From contig OZ024743.1 in assembly GCA_964016885.1 (NCBI GenBank), forward strand, positions 186,806,001-186,870,000: a stretch of 64,000 nucleotides of DNA, given 5' to 3'. Position 1 is the first letter of the stretch; each line of letters opens with the position of its first letter. Shown in pieces: positions 25,729-37,569 of this stretch. Both the position numbers and the translations under genes were made by a program. The notes under the pieces are model-generated. The model was not told the DNA's origin and made no database searches. It saw nothing but the letters and a program-made list of their open reading frames with translations. Origin of the DNA: Eledone cirrhosa. Taxonomy: Eukaryota.

Positions 25729-28681
25729 TTTTCTCTTTCTCTTAATTTCGAGTATATTTTTTTGACCGGCCACCTTCCTGGTGGCAAGGTTGTAAAAGAA
25801 AAGAAATTGTCATCCCTTGAATCGCAAGAATGTTTTGCATATTTTGAAGGTGCCAGCTATCGCAGCCATTTGTAGACTATGAATTAGGGAGCTGCGCTTT
25901 TTGTCCGCAAATCCAAGTTCGGTCATACTTTGGTCCAAGCGGGTTGGTATATAACCCGTAGCACCAACAATGATGGGTATGAAGCTAAAGGTGTATCTTG
26001 GATACTGGATTTGTAAGCTCCTCATCAATGGTCCGTAGATGTCCTCCTTCTCCTGTATTTTTCTGACAACGTTTACATCAAGTGGGCAGCTGATCTCCAC
26101 AACAGAACACGTTTTCAATGTGTGGTCCCAAACTACAATATCAGGCCGGTTGTGCTTTAATTTGGTGGCAGTTTTTATTTTCAGGTTCCACCAGTATTCC
26201 TTAGTGCCATCTGTCTCAATATATTCTTCCTCGTTTGTTGTTAATTTTGTTTTCCGAAGTGCGTTCCAGATAGTTCTAGCTATCCCATCGTGTCTCATGG
26301 GAGGTAGTAGCGAGATGACATTCTTTCGCAGCTGGCAACAATGTGGCTTACATCCTCGATCTTTGTTTTACATAGCCTACATTTATTGTCAGCTGCTGGC
26401 CCTCCTCTTTTGTGCAGCAGATATTTGGTAGGGAGTTCTTGTTCCTGTATTGCATAGAGATATCCCTCAAGGTGTGATGTCATAAACTTGTCGGAACTCC
26501 ATGCCAGGCTTTTTGAGTGGTTTATCCCCTCTATGGTCTGTGTTTTACGCCTCAAGTATCCATGCACAACTTTCTCTGTAAATTGGTCAATTTTTTTTTC
26601 TTGTTTGAACATTGAATAGGATCTTCCGATTTCTCTGGGTGAGAGATTTATATCAGGCTTTATTCCATATCTCTCCTCCAGATCAGTCGCTATTCTAATG
26701 ATATTTCTTTTTTCATGCTCATAAACCTGAGCAAGATGGTCGCCAACCTTTTTCCTCTGTTGAAGGTGTTGCTTCAGTGTTACTATCCGGGTCTCATATG
26801 TTGTTAATATTGATTTTAGACCCCGGCCACCTTCCTTGCGTGAGAAGTATAGCCTATCCACATCACCATTGATGTTAAAGTTCCCAGTAACACTGAGAAG
26901 TTTTCGAGTTCTAACATCCATCTCACTTAGTTCTTGCAATGACCAGTTCAGTAGGCCAAATGTTGGCGTTAGAATTGGCACAGCATAGGTATTGTGGGCA
27001 ATGTATTTGTTGTATGCTGACAGTTCTGATGACCATATTTTTTTTACTCTTCTGAGGTATTCAGTTCTGGTTCTCTCCTTATTTATGGGTCCATCATATC
27101 TGACATTCTCATCCTGTCCAAGATATCTGTAGTTGTCACCTGACTGCAGAGGTTGTATTGTCAGGCCGTTCATATCTAGATTTCTAGAGGAGGGCACTGC
27201 TCTTCCACGTTTTACTGCCAAATATGCACACTTGGACTCACCAAATTTCATTTTGATGTCGGTTGAAAATTGTGTAATGAGGTCCAATTGTTTCTTGATG
27301 TCATTGATATTTGGCCCATACAACTTCAGGTCATCAACAAAGAAAAGATGGGAGATACTTCTGGGCCCACTTCTTTGTCCACCTTGTTTCCTGAGTAGGT
27401 AAGATAGTGGATTCAGTGAGAGAACGAAGAGTAGTACTGACAAGCTATCACCCTGAAAGATGCCCTTCTGGTAATGTATCCTATCAGTCTTAACCTGCTC
27501 CTTCTCACCTCTAAGGATCAAATTGGTGTACCAGTTCTTGGTCAGGCGTTCAACAGCAGCTACTAATGGTTGTGGGACTTTAGCTAACTGTAAAGCCTTA
27601 ATAATCCACCCATGAGGTACACTATCAAATGCTTTTTGATAGTCCAGCCACACGATAGTCATGTTTCTGCGATTCTTTGTTGTTTTTTCCTGAATCATTT
27701 TGTTAGTTAGTAAGTGATCTATGCAACCCCACACCTCCCTCTTTCCACCAGCTTGCTCAGGTGTTATGATGTTGTTGGTAGCACAGTGATCCTGTAAGAA
27801 CAGGTTAAGGCACCCAGTATATAATTTATACATGATGTTTTGGCAGGCAATTGGGCGGTAATTTTTAGCAAGGGTGGTTTGGCTATTTTTGGGAATGAGG
27901 AGAGTAGTGGCAGTTGATAACCATCTGGGCAGTTCTTGTTGGCCCTTAATGGTTTCTGTAAACAGCCGTATGAGATCTTGCCGATAGAAAGTGAAATTCT
28001 TCAACCAGTATCCTGTAATGAGGTCTGGGCCTGGCGATTTCCTATTCGACATTTTCTGTAGAGCTGTTTCCAGTATTGACCCATCTATGTCATATTGTTT
28101 TGTCTGGACATGTTGGCAGTAGTCCTGTTCCAGTTGTTTTAGCCAATTAGCTTGTCTGTTGAATCCGTCATCCGTTTCCCATACAGATCTCCAGTAGTTC
28201 TCAACCTGTTCTTTTGAAGGGGTGTCGTTTACAGGGATTGAGCTTTTGCCACCGAAGCTGCGATAAACTGATTTAGGATCTCTGGCAAACAATCTATTTA
28301 GCACTTGTCGTTTATGGGCTGTTGACTTATATTTTAGTCTTTCTGTTGTAGCTGTGAGTTGTTGTTTCAACTGGTGTAATTTGGAGTTCAAAGTTTTAAA
28401 TTTGGTATCTCCAAATCGTCTCTCTAACTTTTTCTTTAGGTCTTCCTGGTGTCGTGTGAAGTTTCTCTCTATGTTGCATTTCATAACGACTGCGATGTGT
28501 GAGATACTTCGTCTCAGGGACAAAATTTTGGTTTTTAAATTTCGCATCCACGCTGGTTCAGGCTTTCTGTTTGTATCTTGATTGTGTGGTTTTAGATGTG
28601 TGTTATATGATAGTAATGTGACAGCTGAAACATATAACAAAACATTGAGCGTTTCAAATGTCGTTTCTACACCTTTAGATC
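25729..28681 (-). mobile_element. R4/Dong-type non-LTR retrotransposon (RT + CCHC + restriction-like endonuclease), 5'-truncated, one frameshift
   Basis: ORF motifs KSPGPD, NYRPIAC, WLDYQKAFDSVPH, GIFQGDSLS, FVDDLKLY, YRYLG, RKEGGRGL, CRLC..E...H....C, then RHD and RPDIVV...VEISCP...K (RLE) in ORF 25810-26298. There is an 81-nt 3'UTR, and (TATG)n lies on both flanks. Confidence 0.93.
25810..28681 (-). pseudogene. R4/Dong ORF split by a 1-nt frameshift at ~26298 (RYYLP / MRHD)
   Basis: ORFs 26295-28877 and 25810-26298 overlap at ATGA and join into the expected ..YLP-x-RHD.. motif. The first ~65 aa of the 860-aa ORF are translated microsatellite. Confidence 0.88.
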
Positions 28682-28682
28682 G

Positions 28683-28700
28683 TATATGTATGTATGTATG

Positions 28701-28732
<32 letters not shown>

Positions 28733-28865
28733 TGTATGTATGTATGTATGTATGTATGTATGTATGTATGTGTGTGTATGTATGTGTGTATGCGTGTGTG
28801 CAAGTGTGTGTGTGTGCGTGTGTGTGTGTGCGCGCGTGTGTGTGTGTGTTTATGTACGCATGTGT
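28683..28865. repeat. (TATG)n/(TG)n compound microsatellite
   Basis: Direct reading; the partner (TATG)6 is at 25705-25728. Confidence 0.97.
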
Positions 28866-29793
28866 AGGAAAGATCATGAGTTTTGCACCTAGATAGTTCC
28901 CCTCTGTAACACAAACTCAGGAAAGGTGTTTTTGTAGAAGACCAGCAGTCACTAATCTCTCCTCTTGATGCCACAGTTGTTGTCCAAGGAAAATCAATCG
29001 CCAAAGCAGCTTGGCACCACTGACATTACAACTATTTTCTCCAGCTGAGTGAACTGAAGCAATTTAAAATAAGGCATCAAGCTCAAGGAAACAATGCATT
29101 GCCTGGTCTGGGAATTGAACTCACAACCTATCTATTGCAAACCCAATGCTCTAACAACTAAGACATGTGCCTTCACATTAGAATGCAAAGATTAACATGT
29201 TAATTGCCCAATTGGTAGAGAACTGTGAGTTCTTAAATCTACATGGTTGAATTTAACAAGGGACTAAACAGCAAAATCAGCATGCATTAAGAGAGAGTTT
29301 GAAAACCATATTTTATTCAATTCATCTACTGTTCAGTAAGCTACATGCACACTTTTTTTTAACACAGATATTTCCTGTATCTCATGGAAATGTGACAATA
29401 TATCTACTGAAGATGAAAGACAGTTGAATCACAAAACCTTCTGTCATATTTAATTTATTATTATTATAAATTCATTGATGGTGGCTCACCTTACTGAGGT
29501 GTCAGGTGTTGCCTGTAAGGGTACCTAGCTGTTTCAGTGCCTTAAACTCGCCATCATCTGTGGTAATGCTGCGAGCATTACTGGCTTGCCTCAAAATGTT
29601 CTGTTGACCCTTATGATGTGCAGCTGCTTGTCGCACTTAGTGGTAAATTGATGATCATTTTCGTTTTTGTTTCTCTCTTTTTTTATTTTTCTATTTTTTT
29701 CTTCCTCTCGCCTGGGTCATGTGTTTTGGTGTGTTGTTTTTGTGAGGTTCCTGGGGATGGCTGGTTGTATTTGTTATATGCATTTATATGATG

Positions 29794-30128
29794 GAGGTAC
29801 ATGGCTTAGTGGTTAGAGCATTGGGCTTGCAATCGAAAGGTTGAGTTCAATTCTCAGACCGGGTGATGTGTTGTTTTCTTGAGCAAGACACTTTTATTTC
29901 ACATTGCTCCAGTTTACTCAGCTGTAGAAATGAGATGATATGGACTGGGGTCCCTATCATTCCACTGCAAAGTGGTCATGGAGGTGCCACAGCAAAAAAC
30001 GCACCCATCACTCACTGTAAATAAGGTTGGTGTTAGGAAGGGCATCCAGCTGTAGAAATCAAGCCAGAATCAGTTCCCATCCCACCCTTGCAAGCAGGGA
30101 AAAGCAGACGTAAAAGGATGATGATGAT
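29794..30128 (+). mobile_element. tRNA-derived SINE family B (CORE/V-like block + RTE-derived tail)
   Basis: A box TGGCTTAGTGG, B box GAGTTCAATTC, CTTGAGCAAGACACTT block, TTAGGAAGGGCATCCAGC block. The 3' end CCCACCTTGCAAGCAGGGAAAAGCAGACGTAAAAGGATGATG matches the RTE terminus. Confidence 0.85.
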
Positions 30129-30268
30129 ATTTGTTTATCAACCACACTGTTTGTAATGTTATTCTGGAATAATTGTGAACAATTTGTAATGTCATTTATG
30201 TATATATATTATAAATTCAGAGATATACTTTTTTACTAAAAGAGAAACTTTTCCTATACTGAAGAAGT

Positions 30269-30303
30269 AAGGAAGGAAGGAAGGAAGGAAGGAAGGAAGG
30301 AAG
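30269..30303. repeat. (AAGG)n microsatellite
   Basis: Direct reading. Confidence 0.95.
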
Positions 30304-30472
30304 AGATCACGTCTTATGGGTTACTGCTCCAATTAATTGCAATAGAGTGAATACCATAAAATGCAAACAGTGTTAAACTAAATGAAAGTTTAGGTCTTCC
30401 ATCAAGAACAAATATATTTCATCTCATGGGTTTCTACTCAATTCTGATTATGTCTACAGAATTTCACTCACA

Positions 30473-30558
30473 AGGCTTAGGTTGACCCAGGCTTAGGTTG
30501 ACCCAGGCTTAGGTTGACCCAGGCTTAGGTTGACCCAGGCTTAGGTTGACCCAGGCTT
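30473..30558. repeat. 16-bp tandem repeat AGGCTTAGGTTGACCC x5.4
   Basis: Perfect units, within a SINE remnant (cactcacaaggct..). Confidence 0.95.
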
Positions 30559-32934
30559 TGTTCAACAGGAAACTATCATTGTGGAACTTTAAAAGAATAC
30601 AAATCTGATTATGCATAGAGATTAGATTGGCAGAAATACTAAAAAGATGAAATAAAAGCTAGTGTTAACATCATTCTGATAAATAAAAGAGTATCATTTC
30701 AAATTTAGATTTTGTTTACATTTATTAAAAATCAACCACTATTATATTTTTATTGGCCTTGTGCCAAAAAGTAGAAACAATTATATTTTTATTGTATATT
30801 TCCTGTTTTCAAATTAATTACATTATTAACCTGCATCAAATTTATGAATAAACTTCAAAAATGATAGTATTATTAAGAAATATATGAAAAGTGAATACAT
30901 TTCTTTTATGTTCATTAATGCCTAAAATAACTCTTTCTTGATGTAATAGTTTCAATTCCAATGCATTAACTCAGATCAAATCAAGTCATTTATCAAATAA
31001 CTCTAACTCCAAACTTATAAGTAAATGTAACTGTTATAATAGCCAAATTAAAGAAGACAAACTTGAATGATATAATGATTTAAAAATCATAATCATCTTC
31101 AACAATGATTTAGCACCAGATTTTACAAACTAGCAAATATTGTACAGGTTTGGTTTCGTATTTCATGAACTAATAATAGTATAACCATTTCTCTGGAATA
31201 CATTAGCCAACATATTTAATACCCCCAAAGCGTTCTCATTTATATTAGTTCAAGCTGCCTAACAAATTCCAATTGAAAATCCAATAAATCATACTAAACT
31301 CATTCCTCTTCAATCATTGCATATTTGCCTTTATTGCTCAAGTATTACTGCTATGCAACATTGAAATTATAACAATGGATCATTTATTTGACTGCTTGTG
31401 TCAGCCAGTGAGAGAGAGAAGGAGGGGAGAGAGAAATTCAGAGTAAGAGCGACTCATTTTGTAAAAAAAAAAATAATGGTGGTCAATTTCTTAAATTTCC
31501 TGCCAATATTTTGTATTCTGTGCGTTATCCTTCCCCCAGCTTCACTTCCAGAACTAATTCCGTCATAAAGGTAACCGGTAACCAAAATTAGCCTCTATAG
31601 CCAATAGATTCTTTGTAAAGTTGTTAGTCATAAACTGCTGAATTTCTCAGTCATTTCTTAAGCCAGTCAATACATTCTTTGTTAACTACATTATTATGAA
31701 TTCTTATATAATTCTTTCTTGTATACTAGTCTGACAAATATGTATGCACCATTAAGGAAACATTAGTACACTATATAACATGTATTAGGAAGACCATCTT
31801 TCCATAGAAACTATGCTAAAATGGAATGTGGTCTCCCTAACCAAGACAAAGAATGTAAATTGATGATAATGATACCATAAAATCACATTAAACATTTTTT
31901 AGAAAATTCCAGAGGAAAATATGAAAGAGGAAAAATGAAAAACAAAATACAATGTCTTGTCCAACCTAAACAAATAGGGAAGAGTACACATAAAATATGG
32001 TCATGATATTATGACAATAACCACTTTGAAAATGATTTGCTCTGATGGTAGACAAATCTCTGATTCAGAAATCCTTAAAAACTGACGTTTCAGAGCATTT
32101 AAAATTTAAATATATGGGTACAAATACAAGGAATCTGAAAAAGAATTAGGAAATATATATTTATCTCACCATAATTGTTTATTGCATTATATATATTTCT
32201 GTTACATAGTTATTCATGTGACTTCGTCAGATGCTTACGCAATCATTGGTACAGTTATGCAATCATTGTGATATGCCGGTGGCCATGCACATTAAAATAA
32301 TCGACTGTCCCATTACTCCAAACTGCTGACCTTGAGCCTATGTTAGAAAACTTATTGAATTTAAGAAAGTTTTGCTATCTTTTATTATTTTTGTTTCTTT
32401 TACTGGCTTTAGGCCCCTCAATGCACAGAAATAGTAACATATAAATACAATAAAATGTATGGTAAATTATCCTTTTCTCATAAAATATTCTTTCCAATAG
32501 TTCGACCAAATATATTAATTGCTCAATGCAATATTTCACTTAACTACTTGAAGTTCCAAATGCAAAAGTATTGCAAATAGATATAAGTACCTTGTTTCCT
32601 CTCTAAATGTGTAAGCTCAACCTTTACATTGCTTTAGGAAAAGAATATAAAAGTTCCCAATATATGTCACTAAAATTATTCCTTATCAAACCATTCTATT
32701 AGTGAGATATTTCAACAAAACTTAACTATATTCATTTAAAAGTTTTCAGAAGGCACTTTATTTAACTTAATTTGGTACACGAATAACATACTAAATAGTT
32801 TTTTTATTTTATATTTCTCAACATAACATTATTTTCTCATATTGATGCAATTAAAAATGGAAAACCAAAAGAAATACTTCATTTTAAGATTTTACCCACA
32901 CATTATGTGACCAGCAAACTAAATGCTCCCCACA

Positions 32935-32937
<3 letters not shown>

Positions 32938-32985
<48 letters not shown>
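32938..32985. repeat. (TA)n microsatellite
   Basis: Direct reading. Confidence 0.97.
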
Positions 32986-32987
<2 letters not shown>

Positions 32988-32992
32988 AAAAG

Positions 32993-33030
32993 AGTCTTAA
33001 CGTTTCGGATGTTGTTTTTCATCAGAAAAT
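32993..33030 (-). ncRNA. Minimal type I hammerhead ribozyme motif (Penelope-type, degenerate)
   Basis: Minus strand TTTT-CTGATGA-AAAACAACATCC-GAAACGTTA-AGAC; the core is intact but helix II is decayed. Confidence 0.5.
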
Positions 33031-33759
33031 TGAATGAGAAATGAAAGCATGGAAAAACAGACATAAAACGATGATATCATTATCACTATTTTACATTTGC
33101 TTTCTATGGTGACATGGGTGAAAGAGATTTCATCTTGCTCAGCTCACACATTCCATATTTGGTATAGTTTTTACAGCTTGATGCCTTCCATAATGCTAAC
33201 AACTTTACAAAGTGTACTAGGTGTATCTTATCATGACACCAGCCCTAACACTTTATGGAGTGTACAGGGTAAATTTTATCATGGTTCAAGCACTAGAGAG
33301 CCTGTCATATACTTCACTTGACTGGTGAGCCCTTTCTACTGTATATTTTCTCTGATTATTAACTATTTTATCATTTTACAGATTGTACATGAAGCTCTTG
33401 AATTGTGCACCATCACAAGAGAGCTTGTTATGTAATGACATTGTAGGAAAGTCCTCTCCACTCTATGTTGTCTCAATCTGTTTAACTACTACTTTATAGG
33501 GTAGGTGGAGAGTGAATGCATAACATTGTGATTCCTTCATACAGGAGACTGACTTGTTCACTGCATACAAAAAAGGACCTGTCCATATGTAGTCTCAAGT
33601 CTCTTATATTTTCTTTTAGTATTGCACTTCTTGTGCTGATGGGTGTTTTTATCGTCAGATGGCTTATTGCTGAGTCATATTCTTCATCAGGTTCATTCTT
33701 CATAACATTGCTCTGTGTCTTTCTTGGTCTTCTCTTTCTATAGTTCCATTCATATTAAG

Positions 33760-34195
33760 TGTTCTGCATTTTCCCTACAACTCTTGATCTCCTCACACAT
33801 CACATGACGATATCAGTGCAATCATCTTGCTTGCTACATTCTATTCCTCTTATACTTAGCTTTTCCTTCAGTTCACTTTTGCTCTGTCATTCATGCACAT
33901 GAGAATTACACATCCCAGTGAAATATGAATGCACTATTTCTTTTCAGCTGCCACAAATCTTCTGTACTCAGAGCCCATGTTTTGTTGTCATGTAATATAG
34001 CAGTTCGATCACAAGCATCATATAATCTGTTCTTGACTCTGAGAGAGAAGCCTTTTGTTGCCAGCAGAGATAACAGCACCCTGAATGTCTTCCAGCCTGA
34101 TTTTTACTTTAATTACAACACTTTCAATATATCTGCCTCTACTATTACTGACATTATTAAGATAGCACATATTTCTACCACTTCTAGTCAGCCAT
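33760..34195 (-). mobile_element. Decayed RTE fragment
   Basis: Similar to 17200-17600 (caagcatcatataatctg, agagagaagccttttgttgccagcag). Confidence 0.7.
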
Positions 34196-36097
34196 CTGAA
34201 TACACACGCACACACACACGTGTGTGTGTGTGTATGTAGATATATATATACACACAAAAACAGAATATAAAGAAACCGAAAAGATATTTATTGATGGGAT
34301 AACAATTGGATACCTAAGTATAAAATAAGAGAAGAAGAATATATTTAGTCTATATGAATGAAGAATTAAAACTCAAATTTTAACTCAAAAGCTTACTGGT
34401 TTCTTAACCATGATTCAAGAAAAATGGGAATATTAAAAAATCTTCATCTATTTTATTGAAATATACAGTACCTTGCAGTATGGGAGAAGCCTGCTTCTAA
34501 ATTGTTCAGATTTGATGGAGACTGGAAACTAAAACAATTTCCTGTTTTCTCTTTATCTATTATTGCTATTGATATTTCAAAAAGATAATCCAATCACTAA
34601 GATAATGTAGACTAGATGACAATCTTCAGCAAATCACCAGCTCAACTAGCAATTAAAATCAATGTGATTTTCTGATCATTCATTTTTTTTCAACGAAAGG
34701 AAATTTTCCCATCTCATTGGTATACATTCCATAACTGCTTTATCCAAGGCAAATTTCTATGGCCAGATACCCTTCCTGGTACTAACCCATATTTTTCAGT
34801 ATGATAGTGAATTACGGTGTTTTGGAGATGGAGTTGAACACAGGTGTACATATACATACAAATGACAGGCTTTTACAGAGTCTCCATCTACCGAATTGAC
34901 TGACAAGGCAGTGGCCAGCTTGAGGCTATAGGAGACTGAACTCAGAACTACATGATTTAAAAGTGATCTTCTAAATCATTCAGCAATAACTGCATTAATA
35001 CTATTTAATGAGTGATAGGAATAATATAGGATGATGAGATAAAACGATGATGTAAACTATATGCAACTATGGTTTACAAGCTTATAAGGAAGTCTATGTA
35101 GTCAAACAGCCCGCTAAAAGTAACTGTCAAATTCTCCTTTAAATCACACCTTTCAATCTTGACAGAAGGAAGGAAACATTGGGTTATGTAATACTAGATA
35201 TCTCCATGAAGAAAAAATAGCTCTGACTAGAATGTCATTGATCACATGTCTGCTCAATTTGGGATTACCTGGAGCAGAACAATATCAACTATGGTTTAAT
35301 CAGGATTTTATTTTTTAGCTAGATTAATGCTAAAAGTTATTTAGCAAATCAATAATTATTGAAGAGAATGGCATGTAGAACAGAATATCAAAGGTAAATT
35401 TCCGCCTTCCATTTAAATTTTCCTCTGTCTATATGGTTTTCATTGGTGTTTACCTTCTCTTTAGAGACATGGCCATATAAACAAACTTGACTGTAAGAGA
35501 TTCATATTTAGAATAAAATAGTTGAGTGAATTAAGTCACCACTGATTTTGCCATGGTTTTAAATCTTTCACTATGGTGCATTAAATATTCAGGGAACCTT
35601 AAGATCTTGTGTGGATAAAACCAACATTTAGATAATTGATGATAGATCCTTCTTTGGTTTCAATGATGACCACTTAATTGGATGTTCAGTTAACTGGATG
35701 GTTGATTATTCCATAGACATTTTACCTTTAATATAATTCCTAATCAGCATTTGTGACAAGATTGGACCTTTAAATAACAGGTACCATCTATCCAACGGTA
35801 TTCCACACACTTTCTGACTATCCAATTACATTCACAAAGTTTGGCTTGACCTAAGGTTATGATAAAGACACTTGTCTAAAATACCACATAATGGGATTGA
35901 ACCCATGATTGTAATGTACATTATTTAACTACTCAGCTATGCTCCCATGTTTGGATAACACCAGTTTCATTGTATAAAGTATTTTACAGCACTTAAAACA
36001 AAAGATTAAATAAGAAATGTATAGAATTCTGTATTTAGTCCTATCAGTGTTATGGTCATGGTGTAATGTATATTCTATTAGGTGTATGCTTCATTTG

Positions 36098-36185
36098 ACT
36101 TACCTGAATTTAGGTATGAATTCATAGAAAAGTAAAAAGGCACACTTACCTATAAAAGAAAGAAAAATAAAGAAATTATTAGAAA
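36098..36185 (-). other. Candidate recursive splice site with 46-nt RS-exon (36149-36104)
   Basis: Minus strand: TTTCTAAT branch motif, TTTCTTTATTTTTCTTTCTTTTATAG|GTAAGT, and 46 nt from the junction a second donor CAG|GTAAGT. Confidence 0.65.
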
Positions 36186-36964
36186 TAAGAATTTACAATT
36201 AAAGAGAGAAAAATATTTAAAGAGTTTTTCAAATCAAAATAATGAAATTTAATTATTTGCAATAGAAAATGAAAACAGTGGAATAGTAAATCATGAATCA
36301 ATAACAAAGTGATGTGAGGTTTTATGTACTTAATAATTTCTCCTCTTTTATGTTGACATGGAGCCTTAGGTATATTTTACAAACTGAGAACCTTAAGCAT
36401 GACTTCATTTTAATGAGTAAGGTTAAATTTCTTCTTACAAATAGGCAATACTTGTAGTTGGCCTTTAAGTCATGTTTGTGACATCGGCTATTTGGTGTTA
36501 TGAACTGACAATTTAAGATTTTATCCACTCAAAGAAAATAATTATGTAACTGATATGATTATTGATACAGCTAAATAATACATTACATAGAATAAATTAC
36601 AAATTCAATAATTTACTTTTTTATGAGAGACTGCTGAATGAGGAGAATGCATGACAGAAAGATATCTGCATCAAGGAAACACAGCAAAGCCAGTAACAGG
36701 ATCAGCAACTTAAGTCATCATCATCATCAATGTTTTATGTTTGTCTTACCAGACAAATTAATTATGCTAGCAAATTAAACTAACCATTTCAGATATATTA
36801 TATCTCTTGCTTAATATCTATAGTAAGATTCTTCTCTAGACAGGCCCACAGGGTAGTTATGTTTTGATAAAGAGAGAAAAAATTCTGAAATCCAAAACAG
36901 TGGTCTTTTACAATGTTCTGTGTATAAAGGAATAATGGAATGGGTTAGTACTTCATTATTTTTA

Positions 36965-37343
36965 GGGTGGTGGATTGGCAGTATCAGTAGAGGGTCGGAC
37001 GCCATGCTTTCCAGCACAGTTACGTCCCTTTACGATCTGAGTTCAAATCCCGCCGAGGTTGACTTTGTCTTTCATCCTTACGGAGTCGTTAAAATAAAGT
37101 ACCAGTAATGTACTGGGTAATTGCTGGCCTTGTGCCTAAAGTAGAAACAATTATTTTTAGGGTGGTGGGTTGGCAGTATTGGTAGAGGGTTGGACGTCAT
37201 GCTTTGATGCATATGGCCCTTTCCATTCTGAGTTAAAATCCCGCCGAGGTCAACTTTGCCTTTCATCCTTACGGGGTCGATAAAATAAAGTACCAGTAAT
37301 GTACTGGCGAATTGCTGGCCTTGTGCCAAAAGTAGAAACAATT
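36965..37343 (+). mobile_element. Two SINE A copies in tandem
   Basis: Full copies at 36965-37152 and 37160-37343. ATTATTTTTA occurs at 36955, 37150 and 37341. Confidence 0.9.
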
Positions 37344-37467
37344 ATTTTTACCAGAAAGGCCTAGAAATCATTATTTTTCTCAGAAAGGCTTCTAATTCAA
37401 AACTATACTTAGATCTACTCAAAATTTACCTTAAATCTTAAATATATATCTTTTCTCTGGCTGTCTG

Positions 37468-37569
<102 letters not shown>

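Noticed and set aside
28582-29004. His/Thr/Tyr- or Met/Tyr/Val/Cys-rich ORFs and the N-terminus of the 860-aa ORF
   Set aside because: Translations of (TATG)n/(TG)n microsatellite.
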